A stretch of DNA of 59,226 bases from IMG/VR virus record IMGVR_UViG_3300031133_000403; one strand, 5' to 3'. Source of the DNA: an uncultured virus (IMG/VR IMGVR_UViG_3300031133_000403) (taxonomy: Duplodnaviria; Heunggongvirae; Uroviricota; Caudoviricetes). The first letter of the stretch is position 1. The number at the start of each line of letters is the position of its first letter. Below the pieces are notes generated by a model. The model worked only from the letters and a program-made list of their open reading frames with translations. It did not search any database and was not told the origin of the DNA. The position numbers were made by a program, and so were the translations under genes. Below, one piece after another: positions 34,533 through 45,164 of the stretch.

Positions 34533-35474
34533 TCAGAGCCTGGTCCCCATAAGCCGGAACAGCGGCGCCATCGGCACTGGCGTGGCGTCGGTCCGGATGT
34601 ATATCTGCCCGTCCCCCCGTCGCTGCGCGCTGCCCGTTATCGCGATGTCCCCGGGGATCAGGTCGTGGTCGACGATTTCGCCCAGCCGACGTCCCACCAT
34701 CGCCGCCCGCACCGCCTCGGGGAATTCGCCGTCCGCCATGAGCGTGTCTCCCCGCCAGCGCGCCCCCTTCAGGTGGATGTACGGGCGGTAGACGCCGTCG
34801 CGGAAGCCGTTCGTCGTGCAGCCCTGCGCGAGATCCTCCGTCACGCGCGCATGCCACTTCGCAGGGTCGGCGACGATCGCGCGTGCGGCCACCGGACAGC
34901 ACAGAAGCGCTTCCGCGCGGTCGCCCGTCGCTGCGTCCAGCATCTCCGCGCGCAGCGTCTGCTCCTTGATGAGACGCTCCGCCGTCTTCGCCACGCTTCG
35001 GTGCCCGATGCGCTGTATGCAGATCGTGCGCCAGGCGAGCTTGTGGTCGATGACGGTCGCGAAGACGGCGAAGGGTTCGCCCGTGTGGTCGTCGCCGTTC
35101 AGCGCCAGCGTCACCGGTGCGGGAAGCAGGCCGGCGAATTCGCGCAATCCCGTCATTACGGCGTCGTGCTCGTCGTCCATGGCGCCGCGGACCAGTTCGT
35201 CGTGCACGAGCTGGTCCGCCACCGTCTCCGCGATGCCTGGAGGCAGGATCTCCCGGTCGACCGCCGGATGCACCATGCGGGGATATCGCGCGTCCGCCGT
35301 CGTCACGAGGAACACCTCGCACCCAAGGACCGGCGTCGGGGCCTCCGCCACCGTGACGGGCGACAGGCTCCTGCGTCGATGGTGCTTGCCCTCGGCGATG
35401 ATCGGCCCCCGTCCGCCGCGACGCGTCAGGGCCGCGTCGATCGCGGCCGCAATCTGGATCGGATCGCCCTTCAT
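34533..35474 (-). CDS. Expanded paralogue family member 14
   Basis: FPEAVRAAMVGRRLGEIVDH. Confidence 0.8.
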   Translation of the reverse strand: MKGDPIQIAAAIDAALTRRGGRGPIIAEGKHHRRRSLSPVTVAEAPTPVLGCEVFLVTTADARYPRMVHPAVDREILPPGIAETVADQLVHDELVRGAMDDEHDAVMTGLREFAGLLPAPVTLALNGDDHTGEPFAVFATVIDHKLAWRTICIQRIGHRSVAKTAERLIKEQTLRAEMLDAATGDRAEALLCCPVAARAIVADPAKWHARVTEDLAQGCTTNGFRDGVYRPYIHLKGARWRGDTLMADGEFPEAVRAAMVGRRLGEIVDHDLIPGDIAITGSAQRRGDGQIYIRTDATPVPMAPLFRLMGTRL

Positions 35475-35941
35475 CGTGCATTCCCCTTCGCCGACGGCGC
35501 GATCGACAGAGACATCGTGCCACCCTCCTCGTGCATGCCGACCATCAGCCAGTCCCGCAGACCCGGAACTTCGACGACGTCGTGGATCGGGCGTCCGATC
35601 AGGGCCTGTCCGATGGTCGACGGTATCGAGTCCGCATCCACGTGCACCCACGCCCGATGGGCCAGACGACCATAGCGTGGTGTCGACCGCGACCCCTCGG
35701 TCGGCAGGTCGATCACCAGCGACCCGCCGACGTCCTTCGAGGGGCTCGTGAAGACGAAGCTCGGCATGTCTTCGGGAATTCCTTCGCGTTCGTCCGAGTG
35801 GTGCAGACCGTTCCACCCCGTCTTTCCCACGTCGGCCGGCATCGCCGAGCGTTCCATGCCGTGCAACGCCGCATAGGCCGAGAACACCGCGTCGTCGAAG
35901 GGTTCGCGCATGGTCGGGACCCGGATCGTCCGTTTCTTCAT
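35471..35941 (-). CDS. Expanded paralogue family member 15
   Basis: IPSTIGQALIGRPIHDVVEVPGL. Confidence 0.75.
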   Translation of the reverse strand: MKKRTIRVPTMREPFDDAVFSAYAALHGMERSAMPADVGKTGWNGLHHSDEREGIPEDMPSFVFTSPSKDVGGSLVIDLPTEGSRSTPRYGRLAHRAWVHVDADSIPSTIGQALIGRPIHDVVEVPGLRDWLMVGMHEEGGTMSLSIAPSAKGNAR

Positions 35942-36086
35942 GATGTTTTCCTCAGACTCTTCCGATGCTTGCCGTTTCCGGTCCGATCGGGGACGATCAA
36001 CCTCGCGTTTTTCGACTTGGAGATGTCATGATTGTGTTGCAGGATGACGCCGCTTACGCATCAACGTCGTAAGGGGGGAGTCTGCG

Positions 36087-36947
36087 ATGGAGTTCCGTCT
36101 CGGTCAGCGTCTGATCTCAACGCCTTCGCCGGGGGTCGACTTCTCGTCGCCACGCAGGATCAGCTTCGCCGCCCAGGTTCCGACCCTGGGTCTGAACGGC
36201 GTCGACCGCCTGGCCAAGCCCGTTCGTCTGAGGCGCGTCGACGACGAAGCCGCCGAATCGTACGTCCAGGCGTACGGCGCGCGTCGCGAAGGGCCGTTCT
36301 GGGTGGTCGACCGTCGCGATCCCTTCCCCTTCGATCTCGGCGAGCATCTCCCCAGGATGGCGCGCAGATCCGTGGTGCCCGACGTGCCCTCCATGATGCC
36401 CGACTTCTCGTGGTTCTCGTCCATCGCGCGCATGGTCCAGGAGGATTCGTGGAACCGCGTGGTCGCCGATGCTTGGCGCAGCGAGCGGGTCTGCCACGAT
36501 TGCGGATCCGTGCCCTTCCGCCCCGCCCGTCTCGAAGGATGGGAGCAGTGGTCGCAGCACGAACCGTCGTCGCGTCGCCTCGATGCCATCCGCATTCTCT
36601 GTCCCGCGTGCCTGGAGACCCGCGACATGGGGCTCGCCCGGCGCGAGGGACGCTTCGATCGCGTGTTCGCCAGACTGATGGTCCTGAACCGCATCGACCC
36701 TCGTCAGGAGGGTGGACATTATCTCGCCGCCATCGAGGCCGCCCGACCCGTCGCCTCGTCCTCGAGCGTGCGGATCGACCTGTCCGCGCTCGCGGGCGCC
36801 GTGCTGCACATGCGCGAGGGCATCACGTCCCCGGCGCCCGGCCGGTTGATCGATCGCGGCTCGGCGGGCACGGTCGAACTCGGCCGCGAGGCCCATGTCT
36901 CCGAGGATAGGGGACGCGTGGTCGTCAGGATCGCCGGTCGCGACTAG
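36087..36947 (+). CDS. Zn-binding, degenerate HNH-like protein (DUF5710-associated-like architecture)
   Basis: W..V...CHDCG...LEGWEQW...LDAIRILCPAC; YGARREGPFWVV. Confidence 0.5.
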   Translation: MEFRLGQRLISTPSPGVDFSSPRRISFAAQVPTLGLNGVDRLAKPVRLRRVDDEAAESYVQAYGARREGPFWVVDRRDPFPFDLGEHLPRMARRSVVPDVPSMMPDFSWFSSIARMVQEDSWNRVVADAWRSERVCHDCGSVPFRPARLEGWEQWSQHEPSSRRLDAIRILCPACLETRDMGLARREGRFDRVFARLMVLNRIDPRQEGGHYLAAIEAARPVASSSSVRIDLSALAGAVLHMREGITSPAPGRLIDRGSAGTVELGREAHVSEDRGRVVVRIAGRD

Positions 36948-37579
36948 CCGGCATCCGGCACGGCGCATGCCGTCGCCAGATTGCGTCGCGCGCGCTCCTC
37001 CCAGCGTTTCGACCCCCAGTCGGTGACGTAGAGCCGGTCCCTTTCCAGGAAGGTCCGCAGCACGCCCGGCCGGCGGGCTTGCCACACCTCCTCGGGCACG
37101 TGCGCGTATTCAACCCTGATCGCCGCGTCGTACGTCGCGAAGCGCTCCGGACTCGATCCCAGGATCGCCAGGTCGCAGTCGAGCAGCAGCCCGGCGTCCG
37201 GCGACGTCTCCAATGTCGGCGCGCGGTGGCCGATCGTGGCCAGGATCGCCTCGCAGGCGCGCCCGACGCTAGCCGGATGCGCGATCGTCGCGAACTCGGA
37301 CGCGCAGAGCTGCGCCGAGAGCTGCTCGTTGCGTCCATGCGTCGATTGCGGATCGTAGATCGCGTCATGCCAGAGGATGAAGGCGAGCGCCGCCGCTCCG
37401 TCGACGAGCCGGACGCCGTCGCGCTCGGCGGCCAGCACGTGGTCCTTCAGTTCCGACAGGTGCAGCTCGTCGTGATACGCGCGCCACGGTTCCCGCCAGC
37501 GCGCCAGGACGCCCCGCACGACGTCGTGCGTCGCCATCTCGGCCATGGCTTCCGAGAACGATAGGTCGGCTCCGAGCAT
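36944..37579 (-). CDS. HD-superfamily metal-dependent phosphohydrolase
   Basis: REPWRAYH...HL, WHDAIYDP...NEQLSA, LLDCDLAILG, YDAAIRVEY. Confidence 0.85.
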   Translation of the reverse strand: MLGADLSFSEAMAEMATHDVVRGVLARWREPWRAYHDELHLSELKDHVLAAERDGVRLVDGAAALAFILWHDAIYDPQSTHGRNEQLSAQLCASEFATIAHPASVGRACEAILATIGHRAPTLETSPDAGLLLDCDLAILGSSPERFATYDAAIRVEYAHVPEEVWQARRPGVLRTFLERDRLYVTDWGSKRWEERARRNLATACAVPDAG

Positions 37580-37620
37580 CTTGGTCCTGCCTTCCAGTGA
37601 GTGTAGGATGAGGTCCGTCG

Positions 37621-37875
37621 TCAGGCGGCTCCCGTCGACAGGCTGTACAGTCTGGTGCGCGGGGTCGGCCCGTCCCTCCATCTGCTGCGGATCTCGCCCG
37701 CCTCCTCCATCGCCATGAGCGTCGGATAGAGCCGGTCCGTTCCCATGCCGGTCGTCTTCGATAACCGGTGGCCGGATTGCTCCTCGCCATCGGCCAGCGC
37801 GGCGGCGACGCGCAGCTTGGCGGCCTCGCGTCTCCGCGCCGACCAGGCCTGGATTCCTCCGAGCACGCCGGTCAT
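37621..37875 (-). CDS. PadR-like winged-helix regulator
   Basis: GHRLSKTTGMGTDRLYPTLMAMEEAGEIRSRW...RTRLYSL. Confidence 0.75.
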   Translation of the reverse strand: MTGVLGGIQAWSARRREAAKLRVAAALADGEEQSGHRLSKTTGMGTDRLYPTLMAMEEAGEIRSRWRDGPTPRTRLYSLSTGAA

Positions 37876-38087
37876 CGACGCCAGGGCCGTGCGGGGGGAA
37901 GCTGCATGTCCTCGCGCTTCCGCCTGGAAGCGGGACGCCTTGCGAAGCTGCGTCGCACGGCTTCGCGCTGCTTCGGCGTCTTCGGCTTCGGGAACCGGGT
38001 GTTGGGTATGACGTCGCCCATTTCTGCTCCTTGCTTTTCCGTTTCGAGGATACCCTCATCCTCCAAGGCCTGCAATCGGGTCGGCCT

Positions 38088-39485
38088 TCAGGCCGCCACT
38101 TCGCCCGTCTCGGCGTCGAACGTCGTCCACGAGGCGTCGACGTTGAACACCATCCAGCGCGCGTCGCCGTACTGACCCGTTCTGACCGATCTGATGACGT
38201 CCTGCGGCTGAAGGAACGGGTGCTCGATCAGAGCGGAGATCGGCTTGCCCGGCAGCGTGTCGAGGACCGCCTGCGGGAACTGCGTCTTGTTGACGATGAG
38301 CGATCCCTGCTTCCAGCTCACGTCCTTGTTGAACAGGAACGTGGACTGCACTCGGCCATCCTTCCACGTGAGCCGCAACGGATCGGTCTTCCGCCCGCCG
38401 CGTCCCGTCTTGATCGTCACGCGCCTTTCGCGTGCGATCCTGCGCAGAGTCTCGGTCGGATCGGGCGCCAGGTTCCGTATCGCGGCCAGGGTCACCCTTT
38501 CGATCCTTCCCCTGAGACCGTTCGCCGACATCTCGTCCAGGATCCGCTTGCGCCGCCGCAGGACTCCGATCTGCTTTCCGAGTTGGTCCGGCAGCGTGTC
38601 GCGCTTCCAGTCGAATGCGCTCCATTCCTCGCGCTTCAGGTCGTTTCCCAGCATCGAGAACACCGGAATCGTTTCTCCGTAGCCCCCGCCGTACCTCAAC
38701 CGCGAGTCGTCTAACTTCATCCCGAGCAGCGCGAGCGGAAGGCCTTCACGTCTGGCCGCAACCAGGATCGGCTCCACCAGCTCGGCCACCTCGGCGCCCG
38801 AAGCGTCGATGCGCTCGCGCTGCTTCCAGACGTCCCTTGCCATCTCGGCGACCTCCGCGGCGATCCCATCGATCTCCGCGTCGAGCAGCGTCTCGGCGGC
38901 TTCGATGCGCCGCGAGTGCCGGTACGTCGTTCCCGGCCCGCTCCGCAGAGGTACCGAGATCATCTCGCTGTAGTATTGATCCAACGTGATCGTCACGTCG
39001 TCGACGGATGGCACCGGGACGTCCATGGCGGGCAGCTTCGAGAGCCGTTTCACGATCGCCTCCCGCAGCAGTCGCGAACCCTCGCCCGCACGCATCGCAC
39101 CGCGGTCCTCCGGCACGTGCAGTCCGGGAACACCGCGCATCGGAACGAACATGGTTCTCGATATGGCGACGCCGCTTCTGAAACCCGGCGCCATCTCGGT
39201 GCCGTGCGGCAGAGTCCTCAACAGCGTCTTGTCGTTGCCCGTCTCTCCCACGATCGCCGCGACGTCCTCCGCCACGGACAGCAGTTGACCGTCGGTCATG
39301 GCGGCGACGCTTCCGGCCGGATCCTTGGCGGTGCGCGATCCGGTCTTCGTCAGATCGATCGCGGCGACGACGGCCGCCGCATCCGCCAGCGGCGTCCCGT
39401 TGCCGAGATCGCGTCCCTTCGTCAGAGCGTGCAGCCGCGCCTTGAGATGCGGTTCGAGCAGAGCTCGGATCTCCACCTGCTTCAT
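38088..39485 (-). CDS. Expanded paralogue family member 16 (long)
   Basis: FPQAVLDTLPGKPISALIEHPFL. Confidence 0.8.
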   Translation of the reverse strand: MKQVEIRALLEPHLKARLHALTKGRDLGNGTPLADAAAVVAAIDLTKTGSRTAKDPAGSVAAMTDGQLLSVAEDVAAIVGETGNDKTLLRTLPHGTEMAPGFRSGVAISRTMFVPMRGVPGLHVPEDRGAMRAGEGSRLLREAIVKRLSKLPAMDVPVPSVDDVTITLDQYYSEMISVPLRSGPGTTYRHSRRIEAAETLLDAEIDGIAAEVAEMARDVWKQRERIDASGAEVAELVEPILVAARREGLPLALLGMKLDDSRLRYGGGYGETIPVFSMLGNDLKREEWSAFDWKRDTLPDQLGKQIGVLRRRKRILDEMSANGLRGRIERVTLAAIRNLAPDPTETLRRIARERRVTIKTGRGGRKTDPLRLTWKDGRVQSTFLFNKDVSWKQGSLIVNKTQFPQAVLDTLPGKPISALIEHPFLQPQDVIRSVRTGQYGDARWMVFNVDASWTTFDAETGEVAA

Positions 39486-39501
39486 GCCCGTCTCCTTCTT
39501 G

Positions 39502-40830
39502 TCAGATGGTGTCCACGGTCCCGAATCGCGACCGGAGTTCGTCGAGCAGCGGTTGCAGCGGCTCGGGTGCGTAGTCCGGTCGCAGGCACAGCCCCTTGCT
39601 GTTGAGGATGGCGGTCCGCACCGTCAGTCCCTTGAGCCATGGATGTTCGACGATGCTCGACAGGGGCTGACCCGGTATCGCGTTCATGATGGTCGAAGGC
39701 AGATCCTTCACCCGGCGTACGACGACCCTGTCCTTCTCGAACTTGAGGTTCTTGGCGAGCACGACCGGCACCTGCAGCTCCCCGGCGACCATCCGGAACG
39801 TCGTCATCCCCCGCTTGACCGGGTCGACGGGATGCACGTCGCCACGACCTTCCAGCACGGCCTCGATCTCCTTCAGGATGTCGGCGCCGTACTCGTCCAT
39901 CTTCGCCCGCACGGCGGCGGCCACCAGCGGGTGCACGGTGCGCGATTCCACGGGCGCGCCGTTCTTCATCTTCCTCGTCGCCCGGCGGTGTCCGGCCACG
40001 ATTGACCTGAAGCCGTCCATGTCGTGTCCGGTGCAGGTGACCTCCTGTTCCATAAGGCGATCGCCGAGCGCTCTGAACACGCAGGTGCAGGTCACGCTGC
40101 TTATCGTTTCGCGGTCCTTGTTGTACTGGTAGTAGCTGACCTCAGTGCGTTCGTACTCCACGCCGTCGATGGTGGAGGCGACGTGCCTCGCCCATTCCTC
40201 CGCACCGTGACGCGCCCCCATCAGGTGGAACCGCGCCTTGTGTCGTGTCACGGCGTTGTCCGCGATCTTGGCGATCTCCCGTTCGAACTCGTCGGGCGTC
40301 CTGTGCTCGAGCGATGCGTACTCCATGTACGCGCCCCCGCCTTCGGGCCTGGTCATGTGCACCTTGGCGGAATCGAAGCCGTACCTCCTGATCTTCTGCT
40401 GCACGACCGAATGCACGATGCCGTCGTCGTGCTTCATCTGCCGCAGATGCCGACGCAACGCTTCGATCGCGCGCTCCTCGAGGCCCGGGTCCTGGGGAAT
40501 GTCCGCGCTTCCGTGGAGACCGGGGGTCCTCGGCGTGTGGTAGAGCACCAGACCTTCGAAGTTGATTTCGCGGTTGCGCAGATGGATGTCGACTCCGCCC
40601 ACCTCGACCTTGGCCATCCGGTGTTCGATGCTGTCGAGCGATGCCATGACGCGAACGAGTTCGATGACCTCCTCGGGCTTGATCCGGTACTTCTTGGGGT
40701 GTCGCTCGAGCGCGGCTGCCGCCAGGTCGCCGGCGTCGTCGCTCATCCACGGCGTGCGCCGGCGTGCGTCCGGCGCATTGCGAGCCACCGATGCGATGTC
40801 GAACGTGGCCTGCCTCGGTCCCCTCGCCAT
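39502..40830 (-). CDS. Expanded paralogue family member 17 (long)
   Basis: LPSTIMNAIPGQPLSSIVEHPWLKGLTV. Confidence 0.8.
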   Translation of the reverse strand: MARGPRQATFDIASVARNAPDARRRTPWMSDDAGDLAAAALERHPKKYRIKPEEVIELVRVMASLDSIEHRMAKVEVGGVDIHLRNREINFEGLVLYHTPRTPGLHGSADIPQDPGLEERAIEALRRHLRQMKHDDGIVHSVVQQKIRRYGFDSAKVHMTRPEGGGAYMEYASLEHRTPDEFEREIAKIADNAVTRHKARFHLMGARHGAEEWARHVASTIDGVEYERTEVSYYQYNKDRETISSVTCTCVFRALGDRLMEQEVTCTGHDMDGFRSIVAGHRRATRKMKNGAPVESRTVHPLVAAAVRAKMDEYGADILKEIEAVLEGRGDVHPVDPVKRGMTTFRMVAGELQVPVVLAKNLKFEKDRVVVRRVKDLPSTIMNAIPGQPLSSIVEHPWLKGLTVRTAILNSKGLCLRPDYAPEPLQPLLDELRSRFGTVDTI

Positions 40831-41030
40831 CAGCGCTTCCGGAGCAGCAGGAGTGCGACCGCCCCGATCGTCAAGACGAGCGCGCCTTTGATGAGGAGTC
40901 CGATGACGAAGGACGCGATCGTCATCGCGGCCAGTGCCACCTGAATGAGCATGCAGCCCCCCACCGCGTAGATCGACCAGCGCAGAGGCTTTGGAAGCCG
41001 TGATGCCGTCGTGATTATGGAATTGCGCAT
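40830..41030 (-). CDS. Small membrane protein
   Basis: 66 aa with two hydrophobic segments. Confidence 0.6.
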   Translation of the reverse strand: MRNSIITTASRLPKPLRWSIYAVGGCMLIQVALAAMTIASFVIGLLIKGALVLTIGAVALLLLRKR

Positions 41031-41058
41031 TGCCGATCCTTGTTCTTCGATCCGTGAC

Positions 41059-41781
41059 CTACCGGTCCAGCTCCGGGCTGGTCCTCTTGGATATGTATCT
41101 CGCGTGGCTCTCCAGATCCCCGGTCCGTCTGGCGACGTGCGCCGCCCGCACGAGGTCGGCGTGCCGGCCTATCTCGATCACCGAGGTCAGGGCGCGGTCC
41201 GCCAGCGTCCGCACCTCCTCCTCGGTGGCGCCCGCGCACGCATCGACGTAGCGCGTCATGAGATCGGGCAGCCGTCCGTCCGCGAGCGCCAGCGCGTCGA
41301 TGGTCTCTTGGTCGGTCGATCCGCCGGCGGCGTCCCTGAGCGCTCCGATGCGCGCCATTGCCTGGTCGACGCCCTCCTGGAGATGAGGTGCCCGCGTTCT
41401 CGCCACGTATGACGGATCGCGTTTGAGACGACCCATCGCGATCTCCATGCTCTTGGCGTGGACCCGCCGTCGTCCCCTGGTGATCAACTTCGCGACCGCG
41501 ATGCCGAGCGCGATCCCGACCGCGATGATCGCCACGGTGGGCAGCACGGTGCCCATCCAGTCGATCGGGACCGCGGTGGCCGCTCTTCTCGCCTCCGCCG
41601 CCTTTTCCTCATCCGTGGCCATGGAGCGCACGAACTCCAACGAAGCTTCCGCCATCGCCATGGTCACGAGCCCCTTGATTATCCTTAGGTAGTCGATGAT
41701 GCCCCGCCGCAGCGGCGCCGCCATGTAGACCAGGCTCAGCACCATGATCACGCCCATTATCGTCGCGTGCAGGTGTATCAT
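41059..41781 (-). CDS. Membrane protein with C-terminal helical domain resembling that of the vWA protein
   Basis: Two TM segments; RLPDLMTRY...DLESHARYISKR vs HAPTFLDEY...RMSEHEDFIETR. Confidence 0.65.
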   Translation of the reverse strand: MIHLHATIMGVIMVLSLVYMAAPLRRGIIDYLRIIKGLVTMAMAEASLEFVRSMATDEEKAAEARRAATAVPIDWMGTVLPTVAIIAVGIALGIAVAKLITRGRRRVHAKSMEIAMGRLKRDPSYVARTRAPHLQEGVDQAMARIGALRDAAGGSTDQETIDALALADGRLPDLMTRYVDACAGATEEEVRTLADRALTSVIEIGRHADLVRAAHVARRTGDLESHARYISKRTSPELDR

Positions 41782-41803
41782 CCGGCGTCCCCCCGTCCTT
41801 TGG

Positions 41804-42268
41804 TCATAGTCCTGCCAGAGCGGCTGCCACGCCGTCCCACGGGAGCGGCAGCGAGAGATGTCTCATCGCCTTCTCCGCGAAACCGGGTTCCTGCAGGCGT
41901 AGTCGCGATCGCAGCCTCTGGAGCAGCGCCTCGTCCAGCACCAGCGCTTCGCCGGGGCGATGCGTCGCCATCAGGACGTCTGCGGCCTCGGGGTGGCGCT
42001 GGTGCAGCACCGCCATCGTGAACGCGCCCTCGTCGAGGCCGACCACCGCGGCGATGCGTTCGGCGTTGCCGATGGGGATGGGCGCCATGCCCGACGCCAT
42101 GTGGCTGAGCGAGGACCGGTTGTTGTATCCCATCGCCAGGCCCAGCTCGGTCATGGACTTGGAACTCGCGTCGACCGCCGCGGCGAGCATGACGCTGGCG
42201 GTCGTATGCTCGAGGGGATGCGCGTGGACGGTGGCGCTGCGTGCGCGTGGTTTCGATGGCATGGTCAT
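41804..42268 (-). CDS. XRE-like helix-turn-helix protein
   Basis: KSMTELGLAMGYNNRSSLSHMASGMAPIPIGNAERIAAVVG. Confidence 0.7.
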   Translation of the reverse strand: MTMPSKPRARSATVHAHPLEHTTASVMLAAAVDASSKSMTELGLAMGYNNRSSLSHMASGMAPIPIGNAERIAAVVGLDEGAFTMAVLHQRHPEAADVLMATHRPGEALVLDEALLQRLRSRLRLQEPGFAEKAMRHLSLPLPWDGVAAALAGL

Positions 42269-42342
42269 TTCCTTCTTGCGTGTACGTCGTCGTGCGTTGC
42301 CACACGCGACCCCCGCAGGGGAAACGACATACAGCATCGCGT

Positions 42343-43245
42343 TCAATCGGGTTTGCGTGCGGTCCTGAAGCGTTCCGCCACGTCCGCGTGCCGTCGCTCA
42401 AGCCAAGGCCGCTCGACGCCGGCGGGTGGTTCCTCGACGGGGACGAGGACGTCTTCCAGGATGATCCGGTCCCCGCGCACTCCTGGAACGATCGATTCGA
42501 TCAGCACGTCGTCCGCGCGCGCGTTCCCCGTGCTCAGCAGGTCGCCGATGCGGCGGCCGACCAGCATCGTCCTCATGGTGTCCGGCAGGGGTTTCAGCAG
42601 GCGCAGCCACGGCGCCGAGTTGGCTCCACCGATCTCGATGTCCACGCCTCCGACGGTCAGCGCGGCGGCCTCGACGCCGAGCACGCCCCGCACGTGCATG
42701 ATCGTCGCGCCGCGCACCATGTCGCCGCGGGCGCCGTGCTGCTGGGTGATGCCGTTCATCGTGGTGCGATGCGACCCCGTCGAGACCGGGTGCAGCATGT
42801 GCGGGTCGGGCAGCCGCTTTCCGAGCAGCACCAGGTGCAGGGGATGCATGTTGTAGGACCACAGAGGGGCGTGTCTGCATCCCTGCGCACGCCACGCGGC
42901 CCTCCTCGTCGCCGGCTTGACCGCGCGTTCGACCTTCGCGCGGATCATGTCCCTCGCCTTGGCGAGGGTCTCCGCCGTTCCGATCTCCCCGGTGCATATC
43001 GCGACCTCGCTCGTTTCGGCGATGCGTTCCTCCTCGTCGTACATGATGCGCTTCACGACGAGACGCGCGCCGAACGCAGCCTCGTGCACCGAGACCTCGA
43101 CGTCGGACTGGCATCTGCCCAAGCCGAACGACCTCTCGATGTCCTCGACCGACCTGCAGGCCTCGCGCCGCAAGCGGTCGGTCGCTTCCCCCCTCGTGCG
43201 CTTCTCCACGAGCTCGTGTGTCTGGTCGCGCACCTTCCGGTTCAA
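42343..43245 (-). CDS. Expanded paralogue family member 18
   Basis: LPDTMRTMLVGRRIGDLL. Confidence 0.8.
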   Translation of the reverse strand: MNRKVRDQTHELVEKRTRGEATDRLRREACRSVEDIERSFGLGRCQSDVEVSVHEAAFGARLVVKRIMYDEEERIAETSEVAICTGEIGTAETLAKARDMIRAKVERAVKPATRRAAWRAQGCRHAPLWSYNMHPLHLVLLGKRLPDPHMLHPVSTGSHRTTMNGITQQHGARGDMVRGATIMHVRGVLGVEAAALTVGGVDIEIGGANSAPWLRLLKPLPDTMRTMLVGRRIGDLLSTGNARADDVLIESIVPGVRGDRIILEDVLVPVEEPPAGVERPWLERRHADVAERFRTARKPD

Positions 43246-44552
43246 GTCGCGTCCTCCATGCGTTCCAGCAAGGCCCGCAGCGGGATGGGCGTCGTGGGAT
43301 TGGCCGTGACGATCAGACGACCCTTCTTGTCGAGGCGCGCGGCGCTCACGGTCAGGCCTTCGAGCAGCGGGTTCGGGACGACGTCCGTCATCGGCCTGCC
43401 CGGAAGGGCTGTGAGCACCGTCTGCGGCGGCGTCAGGTTCTGCGCCATCAGCGACCGCCCCCGGAACGTGACCTTGTCCGCGAGCCGCACCGTGTCGAAC
43501 AGCGTGCCGTCGGCGAATTCCGCGCCGTTGCCGCTTCGCGCGTCGTGCGTCGACTGCCGCTCCATCGCACGCCGCACCGCCTCCGCCCGCTCCCTGGCCT
43601 CGGCCGGCGGCAGACTTCCGTAGAATCGCGCCGTCACCGGGCAGATGGTGAACGCGTCTATGGGCTGGCGCCCGGCCAGCGTCTTCAACCTTCGCCGCAT
43701 GGTCCGCGAGTGGTCTCGCAGACCGTCGAATTCTCCCTTGGGCACCTGATGCGGGTCGACCATGTTGACCATGACGTCGACGTGATCGTACGTGTGGCCC
43801 AGGATGGTGACCGCCGTCGTCGTGCGGACCTCCTTTAGGTCGCCCTTGTCGGTCGTCACCGATATCAGGACGGTGTCCGAGATCCGCGATCCGAGCGGCG
43901 CGAAGCGCTGCACGACGAGGTTACGCATGTCGTGCGTCCGGCGCATGATCTCGTCGGCGTGCACGTGGTGGGCCACGATGGTCTCGGCCGCGGCCTGCAG
44001 GTTGCCGTCGCCCGTCGGGGTCCATGGTGCGGCGTTGTGGCTGAAGTGACCGTGGAACACGTCCTCTCCGCTCGCCGTCGCCGGCGAGGCGAAAGTCACC
44101 GTGTCGCCGTCTCCGAACACCGACTTCCCGTGCGCCAGCAGCGAGACGATGTCCGGGTCGATTCCCATCGCGGCGACCCTCCGTCGCAGATCGTCCGTCA
44201 GGCGCGCGAGCAGCGTCGTGTCGCGCGGCACGTCGCCCTGCGGATAGACCAGCGGCATGGTGGCGCTCAGGCCCAGCATGATGCTCTTCTTGCCCGTCGA
44301 TATCCAGGTGCCCGGCCCGCCGATGTTTCCGGCCGGCTCGCCGCCGATCTGGTATGGACGGTGACTGGGATGCGCGACGTCGGCCATCTCCTCGACCAGG
44401 ACCTCCACGTCCTCCATGCTCGCCTGCTGGGCCATGGGGTGGTATGCCAGCAGCTGCAGCACGACCTCCCCCGCCGTCATGGGCGAATGGCAGTGCGGCT
44501 CCTGCGCACCGGGCATGCTCGGTATCGACGCCAGGATGTGGTCGATGCTCAA
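43242..44552 (-). CDS. Expanded paralogue family member 19 (long)
   Basis: PPQTVLTALPGRPMTDVVPNPLLEGLTV. Confidence 0.8.
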   Translation of the reverse strand: MSIDHILASIPSMPGAQEPHCHSPMTAGEVVLQLLAYHPMAQQASMEDVEVLVEEMADVAHPSHRPYQIGGEPAGNIGGPGTWISTGKKSIMLGLSATMPLVYPQGDVPRDTTLLARLTDDLRRRVAAMGIDPDIVSLLAHGKSVFGDGDTVTFASPATASGEDVFHGHFSHNAAPWTPTGDGNLQAAAETIVAHHVHADEIMRRTHDMRNLVVQRFAPLGSRISDTVLISVTTDKGDLKEVRTTTAVTILGHTYDHVDVMVNMVDPHQVPKGEFDGLRDHSRTMRRRLKTLAGRQPIDAFTICPVTARFYGSLPPAEARERAEAVRRAMERQSTHDARSGNGAEFADGTLFDTVRLADKVTFRGRSLMAQNLTPPQTVLTALPGRPMTDVVPNPLLEGLTVSAARLDKKGRLIVTANPTTPIPLRALLERMEDAT

Positions 44553-44612
44553 TGCCTGTCTCCTTTTTTCCGCCCCGTCCGTCGGGACGCTTCGTTCCCC
44601 CCGGATTCGGGA

Positions 44613-45155
44613 TCACAACGCCCGGATGGTCGTCTCGACGCCCATGCCGTGCGCGATGGCCTCCACGAACCCCTGCGCGTCGGGTCCCGCCCGGTGCGGT
44701 GCGGGATTGCGCTTGACGTGGTCGACGATGCGCTCGCGCATCTCGGGATCGATGGCCTCGAGGCGAGCGCGTACCCCGTCCACGGCGAATGCGGGTTTCA
44801 TACCGGCCGCGATGGACAGGCGGGTCAGCCACCCGCTCTCCCATTGCGGATTGTCGCTGATCGCCGATCCCACCGGACCGAGCAGATCGTTCAGCCGAGC
44901 CATGATGGTCGCCGCGCAGGGAGCTCCCACGAGGTCCCCGGGGGCTATGCCGTGGATCTTTTGCGCCTCCCAGAACCACACCCCGTCCCGCACCCATTCG
45001 CGCGTCGGTTCTATGAGGCTCGACCATGTGCCTATCGGCGATTGCGGGTCCGTCCAGATCGCGATGCCGGCCTCGATCGGATAGCTTTCGTCGTCGAGCG
45101 CGCTTGCCTCGAAGTCGAGAACGGCGATCGGCCATCTCATGCCGTGGCAGATCAT
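44613..45155 (-). CDS. DEDD/DnaQ-like 3'-5' exonuclease family protein
   Basis: VLDFEASAL...YPIEAG, IHGI, SDN..WE..WL, HRAGPDA. Confidence 0.8.
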   Translation of the reverse strand: MICHGMRWPIAVLDFEASALDDESYPIEAGIAIWTDPQSPIGTWSSLIEPTREWVRDGVWFWEAQKIHGIAPGDLVGAPCAATIMARLNDLLGPVGSAISDNPQWESGWLTRLSIAAGMKPAFAVDGVRARLEAIDPEMRERIVDHVKRNPAPHRAGPDAQGFVEAIAHGMGVETTIRAL

Positions 45156-45164
45156 CCGCTTCCC